From a virus (taxonomy: Duplodnaviria; Caudoviricetes), in IMG/VR virus record IMGVR_UViG_3300011890_000001, positions 160,001 to 224,000 of that record: 64,000 nt of DNA. One strand, 5' to 3'. The notes beneath the pieces were generated by a model. That model had not been told where the DNA came from and made no database searches. It saw nothing but the letters and a program-made list of their open reading frames with translations. Every line of letters starts with the position of its first letter. Position 1 is the stretch's first letter. This document shows positions 46,601-54,902 of the stretch, one piece after another. A program made the translations under genes and the position numbers.

Positions 46601-49600
46601 GATCGCCAAACGGTCCATCGGGGTGACTATAAGTCTCATGACTCATAGCCCAAGCCTTACGGATCAGTTGTTCCATCTGGTCAGCCGGAAGCTTTTCCTC
46701 AGCCTCCATCAGATTGACGTTTGGAGCAATAGCGCGCAGTTCCTTAACCCAGGTCAAGAAGACCGGCTTGAAGCGATTGGTAAACCAGCGGTTGAACGAG
46801 ATACGTTCTTCACGACGACTAAAGACCCAACCAGCCTCCACACCAGCGATCTCGTAGACTTGCTCCATCGAGATCTCTTTACCGTTCGTACCCTTGGGCA
46901 CCAGGTCCAGACTACCGTTCTTTTCACCAACGTGATTGACCAGCAACTCTTCCAGCTTGAAGATCTTCTTGTTGGTGTCAGCACCGCTGTCGGGCACACC
47001 GTACTGCATGTGACGGAAACGACGGATTGGCGTGAGGCGACCGTACTTGTACTGCTTGTAGCCCAGGTAGGCAATGCCGCCAACGACGGCAGCTGCTGCA
47101 AGACCGATGCCCACTACAGGCGCACCGAGCGTTGCAACTACACCACCGGCAATTTTAGCAGTCAATGCAGCACCAGCGGCACCGCCAGCTACACCCCCGG
47201 TAACGCCTACAGCAGTGCGGGCGGCCGAGCCTTCTTCAAGACCAGCCTTACCCGCAGCCCAGTCAGCAGCCTTATAGCCACCTACACCGCCGATCAAACC
47301 ACCGCCAGTACTTGCAGCCGCAGCTGCAAGACCACCGCCGGCCGCAAGGCCAGCACCGGTGATACCGGCCGTACGTATTCCGCCCGCAGCGCGTGCGGCG
47401 CCAATGCTCCTCGAGATATCGGCACTGCGTGCAGCACTAGCGGCAGCACCGCCGCCGCGACCCATACCGAACAAACGACCCAGACGGCCGCCGCGACCAC
47501 CGGCCCCGCGTGCGGCACGTTGACGGCGCAGACGTCGCGCAGCGCGATTGCGACGGTAGCGATTCCAACGACCACCGCCACGCTTCAGACCAGAACGACC
47601 ACGACGACGTTCGTTAGCGTCACCAACAGCATCGTAGATGTCTGCTGCGTCAGCTGCGTCGCTCAAGAGCGATCCGTCATCGTCTTCGTCTTCCATGTCC
47701 TCTTCGTCATCGCCTCGTCCAAAGAGACCGCCCAGCTTCGACATCATCGAACCCAGACCCCAACGGCTTTCGCGTTGCTCTTCTTCTTCCTGGCGCTTTT
47801 CTTCTTCTTCCAGCTTTTCCTTCAGAATGTTCTGTTCCTGCCAGGAGCCCTTACGGGGACCCTTACCCGGCATGCGGTCTTCCAGAATCTTCAGGATGCT
47901 TTCCAGCAGCTGGACTTGGCGTTCGCCGTGCTTCTCAAACGGATTGAGGATGGCGCCCAGCATCTTGAACGGAGCACCCAAGATAGCACCGATGGTATTA
48001 CCACCAATGCCCATGATGCCGCCGAACAGTTTACCATAACCCTTCAGCGCGCCGCCGAACAGAGCACCCACACCTTGCAGCGTGCGGACAGCTGCACCAC
48101 CGACCGCACCCAAGATGCGAGCAAACGGCGTGGTCAACTTCATGCCCCAGCGATTGCAAAGACCCGGGTCGTGGATCTCTTCCTCATGCAGGACGGTGAT
48201 GTCCTCCTTGGACGGTTTGGACGAACCCGGCGCCAGTTCCTTGATCTCGCCGTGGATATCGTCGTAAGTTTCTACGATCCAGCCAGGGCGCTTGCCCCCG
48301 ACGTTATAGTAACGGCGGGTCTTCATCTTCGAGGCTTTCAGTCGCGGAGTTTTCTCGCCCTTGACGTAGACGTCGACTTGTTTCTCAAACAGCCACTTGC
48401 CGGCGCCGGTTACAGCCTTGAGACCCAAGTTGGCCAGTTTGAACGGAAGAGCCGCCACGTTACCGTAGAAGCGAGCCGCCGCACCCAGCAGTGCCGAAGC
48501 GCCACCGACCAAACCGCCGGCCAAACGCTGGAGACCTTGCGGTCCCTTGACGTAGATGCCCTTGTCGAAGTCCTCCTGGTCGATCACGTACTCGCCAGTG
48601 GACACGTCAATCACAGGTCCAGTGATGTCGCGCCAACGGGTGATCTTCTTACCGGTCTTCTCGTCCTTATAGTGACCGAGGTTGATCTTCTGCTTGGTCA
48701 ACGCAGGTTCGCGCTTACCGTTGACGTAGATGTCCTTCATGCCGCGCATGATATTGGAAACGCGCTGACCGATAAAGCTACCGGTACCGCGTGCCGCCCC
48801 TACACCAACAGAACCGATGGCGCCTACTGCACCGCCCACCTTCTTCGCCCACCACCAGGCGCCCTTACCGATACCGCCGGCAACAGCACCAACGCCCTTC
48901 AGACCCGTCCAGGCAATGCGATCCAGAAAGCCCATCGAACCCCACTTACCGCCGCCTTCGCCTGCGTTGCGCGACGAAGATGCTTCAGCGTAGGCTGCAA
49001 ACATTTCTGCAATCGTTCGCAGTGCGGACAACTGTTCGACGTTTACTTCAAGGAGCTGACCGCTGATCGAGTCGAGCGTTGCTACGTCCTGGTTACCGAT
49101 TTCTCCCAGTCGCTGACTTGCCGACTGGTTCGGTCCCACGTTCAGCGTATTGGCAGTGGTCTGCGCGTGTCCACGCATACGTTCCACCAGATGCTCGTAG
49201 GTACCGCCCTTACTGTCGGTCAGGACGTTAGCGATATCACGTGCCGTAACAATCACATTGCCGTGCTCGTCTACCACCGGACCGGCGATGTCGGAAGGCT
49301 TGTAGATTGCGTTACCGGTGAGCTGGTCACGATAACGACCCAGACGCATCATCCAGGCGGACATAACAACCTGACCGCCAGAGAGGATGTCGTAGACACC
49401 GTCGTCGATAGGTGCGCGACGGCCAGCCGGTGCTGCCGGACCAACGGAACCCAAGTTCTCAAACGCAGCAGACTTGGTTGCATCCGACTTCAGACGGAAA
49501 CTAACGCGCTTGCCTTCTTTATTGAAGAAACCGCGTCGCATCGCATCTTCGTCGGCCACGATAGCGTTAAGGACATTGTCATGGATTGCGCCATGGCAAT

Positions 49601-51713
49601 CGCTCCAGTAGTAGAACGGCTTACCGTCGGAGGTATCGATGTACCGACCTGCCAGCAAGTGTTCGCCCTTCAGGACAGCCTGACCGCCCGGGGTGACGTA
49701 CAAGTCGTCATCGGAAGGATCCTTCCTGCCGTTAATAAACTCACCGATCTTCCCAGTGACGCCGCCGGGACTGGCGCGCTTCTTGCCGAACTTACCGGCG
49801 CCGCCAGAGGCGTTGAGGATACGGTCGGTAAAGTTAGCGTAGTCGATGTGCTGTTGACCATCTACTTCGCCCGCGGCATTGCGCTCACTCAGGATGCCTG
49901 CCTTGTGGAGCAATTCGCCCTGACCGATGTGCTGGAAGAAATCCGTGGTGGCAGTAGGCAGACTCTTGCCAATGTCCATCGCATGGAAATCATGAATGCG
50001 ATCGGTCTTCCACTTCTGCGTACGTCCAGACAGATTGATCAACCGACTCAGGATGACCTTGGAACCAGCCGACAAGTACTTGGACGACTTCAGTGGATCG
50101 GTGTAGTTTTCGATACGGAAACCACGGCCGTCTGCACTGTCCCACATCAACTCACGGATCAGCTCGTTACGTACCGTCGAATCCAGATCTGCACCACCGA
50201 CCAAAGAGTCCACCAGATCGTTCAACTGTTGACGCGACGCCACAGCCTTGTCGTCAGACATCGCCGCCTTGGCAATGCTACCCATAACGCGACTTTCAGT
50301 GTCGAACTGACCCTTAATGAAGTCATACGCGATCGGTGTGGCGTTTGGATCGTTGATGCGTTCAACGGAGTGATGGATACGCTGCAACCAACCCGGGATG
50401 ATTTCCGTGATGCTGCGCTGGGTCAGGTTGTTAAAGGCAGCAACCTTGTTGATGTCGGCAAGGTCACGGCGATTAACGGTCGTGTTGAGCTTAGACGGGG
50501 CCAGGAAGTCCTTGACGCCGGATACGACCGTACCCTTCCAACCGTCTTGTGCGGTGCCCGAGCGGGCCCACTCGTTAATGAAGTACGGCAGGTTCTCAAT
50601 GGAACCGCCCATCTTCTCAAACCACTCATCAAAGCCCGGCCACTTACGGCTGATCAGCTTGACAGCCTTTCGACCTGCAGCTTCGCCACCCTTGGTGATA
50701 GCAAAGCGAACAGCCTGCTGGGTGACCATGTCGAACATCGAGATGCCCATGCCGTCGTCTTGCGACGGATCAGCCATCCCGATTGCGCTCGCCAACCCGC
50801 CAGCCATTTCCTTGGCCTTGGCCTTCAGCTTGGTACCGGCACGACCAAAGATATTCCCAGCCAGTCGAGCGGCCGAGTCATGCATACCGCCAATGAACTT
50901 GGTTCGAATGGTCTGCGTGGCAGTGTGGGACAGATCCTGTTTGAGGATGTCCGGCATCGCCGTGTTCTTGGTGATCGCTTCCAAGAATCCGTTAAAGCGT
51001 CGGGTGGTTTCCACCTGAAGCTTCAGGGAGTCTCGCATCATGAACAACTGACGCGTCTGGATCTCTAGGTTGCGACGCTGGTAACGCTGAGTGATCTCAT
51101 CGTTACTGGCCACCATGCGAGTCAGGTTGCGATTGATACCCGTCAGCAGTTGCAACTGCGTCCGGTTGGCAGACAGTACCTGCGCATGGCGGATACTGCC
51201 CTCAATCGACGCCTTCTCATCAGCCTGTGCCTGAGCACGCATCTGAACACCGAAGACTTCGCTAAGCGAGGCCTTCAGACTTTCTTCATCGCGCTGCTGC
51301 TCCGTCTTGACTTCAAACACCGGTTCGGGCTTGGCGAACTCCGCCAGACGATCTGCGATGTTCTTCGGCAGATGGTCTTTGACCTTACCCAGGTGCTGCT
51401 CTGTCAGACGCTTTGCCACCGGCATTGCCGGCTTCAGCTCGTTCTGAACGATACTATGTAGATCGCTCATCTCCGACTTAACTGAATCGGCCATTGACAG
51501 GGCACGTCCGTAAGAGGACGGTAGAATGTTTTCGGTAATCTTTCGCAGTGTGTCAGGTGACGTGAAAGCGTCCCGGGCACCCGCCTTGGCATTACCGAAG
51601 ACGCGGGCAATTACGCCCCGCTTCTCGTCTTTCGGATTTGGTGCAAATGGATCGTCGAAATCGAGATCCAACGACTTGTCGAGATCGAAGTCGTCATCTT
51701 TGAAATTTGCCAT
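43641..51713 (-). CDS. Tape-measure/tail-associated lysin (phiKZ gp181-like) with SLT transglycosylase and DUF5675-like domains
   Basis: 2690 aa; IIPGWL motif; four D-x-Y...G-x-Y-x-D...DI-x-G repeats; Gly/Ala-rich and TM-like segments; LESSF...SSATGLFQFIRSTW...YMSHFLG (SLT); LELPW...SCIP.G.Y...VPGRSGILIHAGN...SRGCILLG. Confidence 0.88.
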   Translation of the reverse strand: MANFKDDDFDLDKSLDLDFDDPFAPNPKDEKRGVIARVFGNAKAGARDAFTSPDTLRKITENILPSSYGRALSMADSVKSEMSDLHSIVQNELKPAMPVAKRLTEQHLGKVKDHLPKNIADRLAEFAKPEPVFEVKTEQQRDEESLKASLSEVFGVQMRAQAQADEKASIEGSIRHAQVLSANRTQLQLLTGINRNLTRMVASNDEITQRYQRRNLEIQTRQLFMMRDSLKLQVETTRRFNGFLEAITKNTAMPDILKQDLSHTATQTIRTKFIGGMHDSAARLAGNIFGRAGTKLKAKAKEMAGGLASAIGMADPSQDDGMGISMFDMVTQQAVRFAITKGGEAAGRKAVKLISRKWPGFDEWFEKMGGSIENLPYFINEWARSGTAQDGWKGTVVSGVKDFLAPSKLNTTVNRRDLADINKVAAFNNLTQRSITEIIPGWLQRIHHSVERINDPNATPIAYDFIKGQFDTESRVMGSIAKAAMSDDKAVASRQQLNDLVDSLVGGADLDSTVRNELIRELMWDSADGRGFRIENYTDPLKSSKYLSAGSKVILSRLINLSGRTQKWKTDRIHDFHAMDIGKSLPTATTDFFQHIGQGELLHKAGILSERNAAGEVDGQQHIDYANFTDRILNASGGAGKFGKKRASPGGVTGKIGEFINGRKDPSDDDLYVTPGGQAVLKGEHLLAGRYIDTSDGKPFYYWSDCHGAIHDNVLNAIVADEDAMRRGFFNKEGKRVSFRLKSDATKSAAFENLGSVGPAAPAGRRAPIDDGVYDILSGGQVVMSAWMMRLGRYRDQLTGNAIYKPSDIAGPVVDEHGNVIVTARDIANVLTDSKGGTYEHLVERMRGHAQTTANTLNVGPNQSASQRLGEIGNQDVATLDSISGQLLEVNVEQLSALRTIAEMFAAYAEASSSRNAGEGGGKWGSMGFLDRIAWTGLKGVGAVAGGIGKGAWWWAKKVGGAVGAIGSVGVGAARGTGSFIGQRVSNIMRGMKDIYVNGKREPALTKQKINLGHYKDEKTGKKITRWRDITGPVIDVSTGEYVIDQEDFDKGIYVKGPQGLQRLAGGLVGGASALLGAAARFYGNVAALPFKLANLGLKAVTGAGKWLFEKQVDVYVKGEKTPRLKASKMKTRRYYNVGGKRPGWIVETYDDIHGEIKELAPGSSKPSKEDITVLHEEEIHDPGLCNRWGMKLTTPFARILGAVGGAAVRTLQGVGALFGGALKGYGKLFGGIMGIGGNTIGAILGAPFKMLGAILNPFEKHGERQVQLLESILKILEDRMPGKGPRKGSWQEQNILKEKLEEEEKRQEEEEQRESRWGLGSMMSKLGGLFGRGDDEEDMEDEDDDGSLLSDAADAADIYDAVGDANERRRGRSGLKRGGGRWNRYRRNRAARRLRRQRAARGAGGRGGRLGRLFGMGRGGGAAASAARSADISRSIGAARAAGGIRTAGITGAGLAAGGGLAAAAASTGGGLIGGVGGYKAADWAAGKAGLEEGSAARTAVGVTGGVAGGAAGAALTAKIAGGVVATLGAPVVGIGLAAAAVVGGIAYLGYKQYKYGRLTPIRRFRHMQYGVPDSGADTNKKIFKLEELLVNHVGEKNGSLDLVPKGTNGKEISMEQVYEIAGVEAGWVFSRREERISFNRWFTNRFKPVFLTWVKELRAIAPNVNLMEAEEKLPADQMEQLIRKAWAMSHETYSHPDGPFGDPAVTSVNEIEDAFNLALKEIGKTPEEKNRSKALGAIRTMAMFTPVGLVGVKLWDRHQRKKDEERAAQATAENIEKETGQPLAATTGTIINTKGADNLLPSTLVRLGKLTATQAIRVRAYGLGNLDQDRVRALLATEQHVLKNVGVSSSGRVHFLLDADQVYSNVAGLFGLTPNSTEDRARWCQWYINRFQPTLAAYLGAVRAANSSADFATPERTLKPSDLVQVSQAVMAAKNGNGESIWNWRSSPWSAREQLNSDSNAVAGSLLVLKQKVEKETVREDAVDGQAAAVKKDRGILGSMMDSMRSGARAASDWLLGAKGNRNFAGRTVDGAVAGFRAIGNALTSGYEAAKEGDWAGVGQAAMNVGTSGLNTFSATHGSLAPVVHPGGGSGGDINSLPTPPPNFEVSAIRKGDERAKIYKPLIVAAARMVGVDPGMMMRMCALESSFHAGVSASTSSATGLFQFIRSTWASMLTKYGPKFGVSLNANRTDARANALMGACFIKENADSMARWIGRPVTELDVYMSHFLGAGGYRTFCRAGDSEIGARVLPSAAGSNRPTFYEGTRALTVGEIKQKILARLARVNVDYPEAMAGLAATAAFAGVSSSVSSTAGVTPVSSATAAAAAPLTATGTRAVNSTPTAVTGNTGGVSAAAPQTSAVAPQAAPARASGTAPAAAAATIPTGSSSVPTGDLPIVRLVREPSSDSGTFGRFTLPDGTALHSLELPWKENAPQMSCIPVGSYRAEMRATTNFGNAYEVKNVPGRSGILIHAGNFAGDMSKGMKANSRGCILLGLGRGEQGGQKSITSSRGAMETFLAKMAGRPFLLVVTGSNGIANDVVTTARSATETSIPTASPAPSIQSVRSLEASAATQRQADAEQRAAAERAAVARAADQRQIASQQINTQRNEEARMTGIGDILNRSYEVQRKIETNTSDAVSLLRQLLRQPGIAEKPAGATAPASSPAPAQSPTATRSFGQRREAPVSVRYDQ

Positions 51714-51787
51714 TTTTTATCTCCTAACCTGTTACGTAATAGGAACAGGCCATGGGCCCTTATTCATAGTTTAGAGGTATCTGCCCC

Positions 51788-53521
51788 ATGATTATCGAAG
51801 ATGTGGCACAGGGCTGGCCCACCATTGCCACAGAGGAAGGTTTGTCTCTGGCACTGGAAAGTCTGGCTCACGCCGGGGTTGTCTCAGAGCACCTCAGCCG
51901 GCCCTTCAACATCGCCATCTTTCGTCCCGAAGGTAACATGCTGCGCAATATGCGGCAGGTCACCAGTTCTGACATCCATGAAAACACCAAGGGTGACCTC
52001 CACCCAGACGGTTTGTTCTCCGTGGAGATCTTCGGCCGAGCCGGTTCTGCGGAGCGCGATAAGCGTTTTGCTTACATCGATATCAAGACCGAAATCTTCC
52101 ACCCACTGATCTATCAGGTGATCAGTCGCGTTCGTCGTCTTTATGCTGGCATTATCAACGGTGAGCTTTACGCCACTTGGGATGAGGCCAAAAAGGACTT
52201 TGTACCGGCAAATGAACTGGATGGCGAAACCGGTTTCTCTTTCTTCTGTCGCCATTGGCGCGATATCGAGTTCTCTCGTAATCGCTCCTTTGTTCGTGAC
52301 GCACGCATTGATCTGCTGGAGAAGTTCAAGGATGTCGCATTGACGTCCAAGATCCTCGTTATGCCGGCAGGTATGCGCGACCTGGATTACGATGAGAACG
52401 GTCGCCCCAGTTTCCACGAGATCAATAACCTCTACATGAAGCTGATCTCGACCTCGCGTCTGATCGGCATGCACGATGAGGTCTCCAACGACCCGGCACA
52501 TGACCTTCAGCGTCGGCTGCTCCAGTCGTACTTCAACGATATCTTCAACAACATCGAATCTATGATCGGTGGTAAGGAAGGTTTCTTCCTGAAGAAGTGG
52601 AGCTCGCGCACGGTAGTGAACTCTACCCGAAACGTCATCACAGCGTTGGACTCCTCCGCACCTGTCCTGGGCGCACCTAACACGGTGCGGTTCACTGACA
52701 CCATGGTAGGTATCTGGCAGCTGTCACGTGGTTTGCTGCCGTTGACCATTCACCTTCTGCGCAACGGTTTTATCAGTAAGGTGTTTGACGGCTCCAACAC
52801 CGCACGTCTAGTTGACCCCAAGACCTTGCGTTCCAGTTACGTCAGCTTGTCGGCTGATGCGCGTGACCGTTGGACTACGGTTGAAGGACTTGAGAAAGTA
52901 GTGTTCGGTTACAAGGCGTTTCGACTCCGTAATCGTCCGCTGATGGTGGACGGTCATTACCTGGGTCTGATCTACGCGCCGCCGGAGAACAAGGTCTTCA
53001 AGCTCTTCCACGACATCGACGAGCTCCCGCAGGGCGCGAACCGTAAACATGTTCGGCCGATCAACCTGATGGAGTTGATCTATCTGTCGGGTTATAAGGT
53101 CTGGAACGATCAGGTTGGTACTGTCACGCGTTACCCGATCGCAGGTACCGGTAGTTGTTACCCGACCACGGTCTATGTCAAGACCACCGTGGAAGGTGAG
53201 GTACGTCGGGAGTTGGACGACCTGTGGCAACCGATGGACGGGAATGAAAACCTGGCTATCGAATTCCCAACGTATTCGCCTCTGGCGTACTACGATACCT
53301 TGGGTATTGCCTCGGCACGCCTTGCCGGTCTTTCTGCTGACTTCGACGGCGACACCGGCAGTTTCATTCCGCTCTACACCGACGCACGAAAAGACTTCAA
53401 AGCCTACTTGGCCAGTAAGATGGCGTACGTGGACCCCATCGGTGGTCTGCGCACTAGCGGCGAAGTGTTGACCACTGAACTTTTCCTCCGTAGCTTTACT
53501 GGCCCCGTTAAGGTTAGCTGA
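51788..53521 (+). CDS. rpoC: Virion RNA polymerase beta' subunit, N-terminal part (phiKZ gp180-like)
   Basis: HPDGLFS.EIFG, FAYID....IFHP, VMPAG.RD, GKEGF, TRNVIT, TRYP and catalytic ADFDGD. Confidence 0.92.
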   Translation: MIIEDVAQGWPTIATEEGLSLALESLAHAGVVSEHLSRPFNIAIFRPEGNMLRNMRQVTSSDIHENTKGDLHPDGLFSVEIFGRAGSAERDKRFAYIDIKTEIFHPLIYQVISRVRRLYAGIINGELYATWDEAKKDFVPANELDGETGFSFFCRHWRDIEFSRNRSFVRDARIDLLEKFKDVALTSKILVMPAGMRDLDYDENGRPSFHEINNLYMKLISTSRLIGMHDEVSNDPAHDLQRRLLQSYFNDIFNNIESMIGGKEGFFLKKWSSRTVVNSTRNVITALDSSAPVLGAPNTVRFTDTMVGIWQLSRGLLPLTIHLLRNGFISKVFDGSNTARLVDPKTLRSSYVSLSADARDRWTTVEGLEKVVFGYKAFRLRNRPLMVDGHYLGLIYAPPENKVFKLFHDIDELPQGANRKHVRPINLMELIYLSGYKVWNDQVGTVTRYPIAGTGSCYPTTVYVKTTVEGEVRRELDDLWQPMDGNENLAIEFPTYSPLAYYDTLGIASARLAGLSADFDGDTGSFIPLYTDARKDFKAYLASKMAYVDPIGGLRTSGEVLTTELFLRSFTGPVKVS

Positions 53522-53522
53522 G

Positions 53523-54845
53523 ATGAACTTTTCTCCTGAAGAAGAAAAACTGGCGCAATTGGGAGACACCCTGATTGCACTGGAAGAGCTGTCCGACCAA
53601 GTGGCTGACTTCGACGAAGACGACACGTCCGACCACAGTACCGATTCGGCCAATCTGTATCTGCTGGAGCGCGCGCTCCAAGAACAGCCCGGGATCAGTA
53701 TGGAAGAATTCAACTTCCAGACCATCAAAGACGCCGCTGCTGCTGCTGGTCGATTGACCGTTGCCACCGGTAAGGCCTTCATGGGTTTCCTCGATCAAGT
53801 CCACAAGACTGTCGACGGAACCTATCTGGTCAATGCGCGCCTGCTGGGTGAGCGCATCGGCAAGATCCGCGAGGATCGCAAGACTGCCAACTTTGGCAAG
53901 ATGGAACGACGCGATCTGGCCCGTGCTATGTCGGTGAACGGTACGATCGAATTCGACCATGCCGCAATTGCCGATACGTTGTTGGAGACTTCAAACGGTA
54001 TCTGCCGTCAGACCCTGCCGCAACAGGCGGCTGTTGTCCGAGCCCTGGCCGAGAAGCTGAAGGAAAACCGCAAGGACGGTCTGGGCGCCTACACTTCGGC
54101 CGTCGATCAGATGGTCAAGATCATTGCATCGGCTCGCCAGCCGATTGACATGTTCGACAGTCGACACATTGAGGCTGTTTGGCCGGGCAACCGACGCATC
54201 TTCCAGAAGGTCCGACCGGCGGCCCCGCGCCGCGCACCAGTGAGCCAAGACGGCGGTGTGCGCAAGCTGGTGCTGGCTGTCTCGTCCACCTCGGTAGGTA
54301 TCCGCGGTAAGGTCGAAGTCACCGGACCGAACGTCAACGACACGCTACCGATCCTGACGCCCGAGCAGATGGTTCGTTGTCTGGACTCTGCCCGCAAGTT
54401 GTTGGAAGAGGCTGTCAATGTCTCCAAGATCGCCAAGTCGTTTGCCAAGGACAAAACACCCAGTGCCGCCGGCCTGATGCTTTCCGGCATCGTCAATGGA
54501 CTGCGCCAACAGATCGCCGACATCACTAGCGCCCAAGAGGACGGTTATGATGTGATCGAAGGCCCGTCCGGTGGCGGCATCGCGCCTGTCCGACACAAGC
54601 CTGGCACGCGCGGTTTCGACCCCACCAAGACAATGCCGACTTTTGGTTTTGAATCCCGCAAGGAAATGAGTGACGAAGAGATTCGTGACCGCATCCTTCA
54701 AGGTGTCTGGGTGGCCCGTTACACCAAAATCTCCCTGATCGACCACCAGCGCACTGCGCGCGCTTTGGTGATGTTGCTGATGGGTGTGGGTCGTACCTAC
54801 CTCAAGTATGTCGAAGAAAGCTTGAAGTACTACGAGCAACGATAA
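53523..54845 (+). CDS. Internal head (ejection) protein with acidic propeptide
   Basis: Acidic N-terminal ~60 aa with IALEE and ISMEE protease-type motifs; WPGNRRI and LPILTPEQM segments; ends YVEESLKYY. Confidence 0.65.
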   Translation: MNFSPEEEKLAQLGDTLIALEELSDQVADFDEDDTSDHSTDSANLYLLERALQEQPGISMEEFNFQTIKDAAAAAGRLTVATGKAFMGFLDQVHKTVDGTYLVNARLLGERIGKIREDRKTANFGKMERRDLARAMSVNGTIEFDHAAIADTLLETSNGICRQTLPQQAAVVRALAEKLKENRKDGLGAYTSAVDQMVKIIASARQPIDMFDSRHIEAVWPGNRRIFQKVRPAAPRRAPVSQDGGVRKLVLAVSSTSVGIRGKVEVTGPNVNDTLPILTPEQMVRCLDSARKLLEEAVNVSKIAKSFAKDKTPSAAGLMLSGIVNGLRQQIADITSAQEDGYDVIEGPSGGGIAPVRHKPGTRGFDPTKTMPTFGFESRKEMSDEEIRDRILQGVWVARYTKISLIDHQRTARALVMLLMGVGRTYLKYVEESLKYYEQR

Positions 54846-54853
54846 ACACCAAG

Positions 54854-54882
54854 GACTGGGCGAGGCTTGTCCTCGCCCAGTT
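54854..54882 (+). terminator. Hairpin between head protein and RNAP beta
   Basis: ACTGGGCGAGG-cttgt-CCTCGCCCAGT. Confidence 0.5.
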
Positions 54883-54902
54883 ATCCTGCCCCGAGGTAAC
54901 TG

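Noticed and set aside
46623-51068. 1481-aa ORF antisense to the tape-measure gene
   Set aside because: It shares the codon register of the sense gene; antisense stops need sense TTA/CTA/TCA codons, which this genome uses rarely. The product has no motifs.
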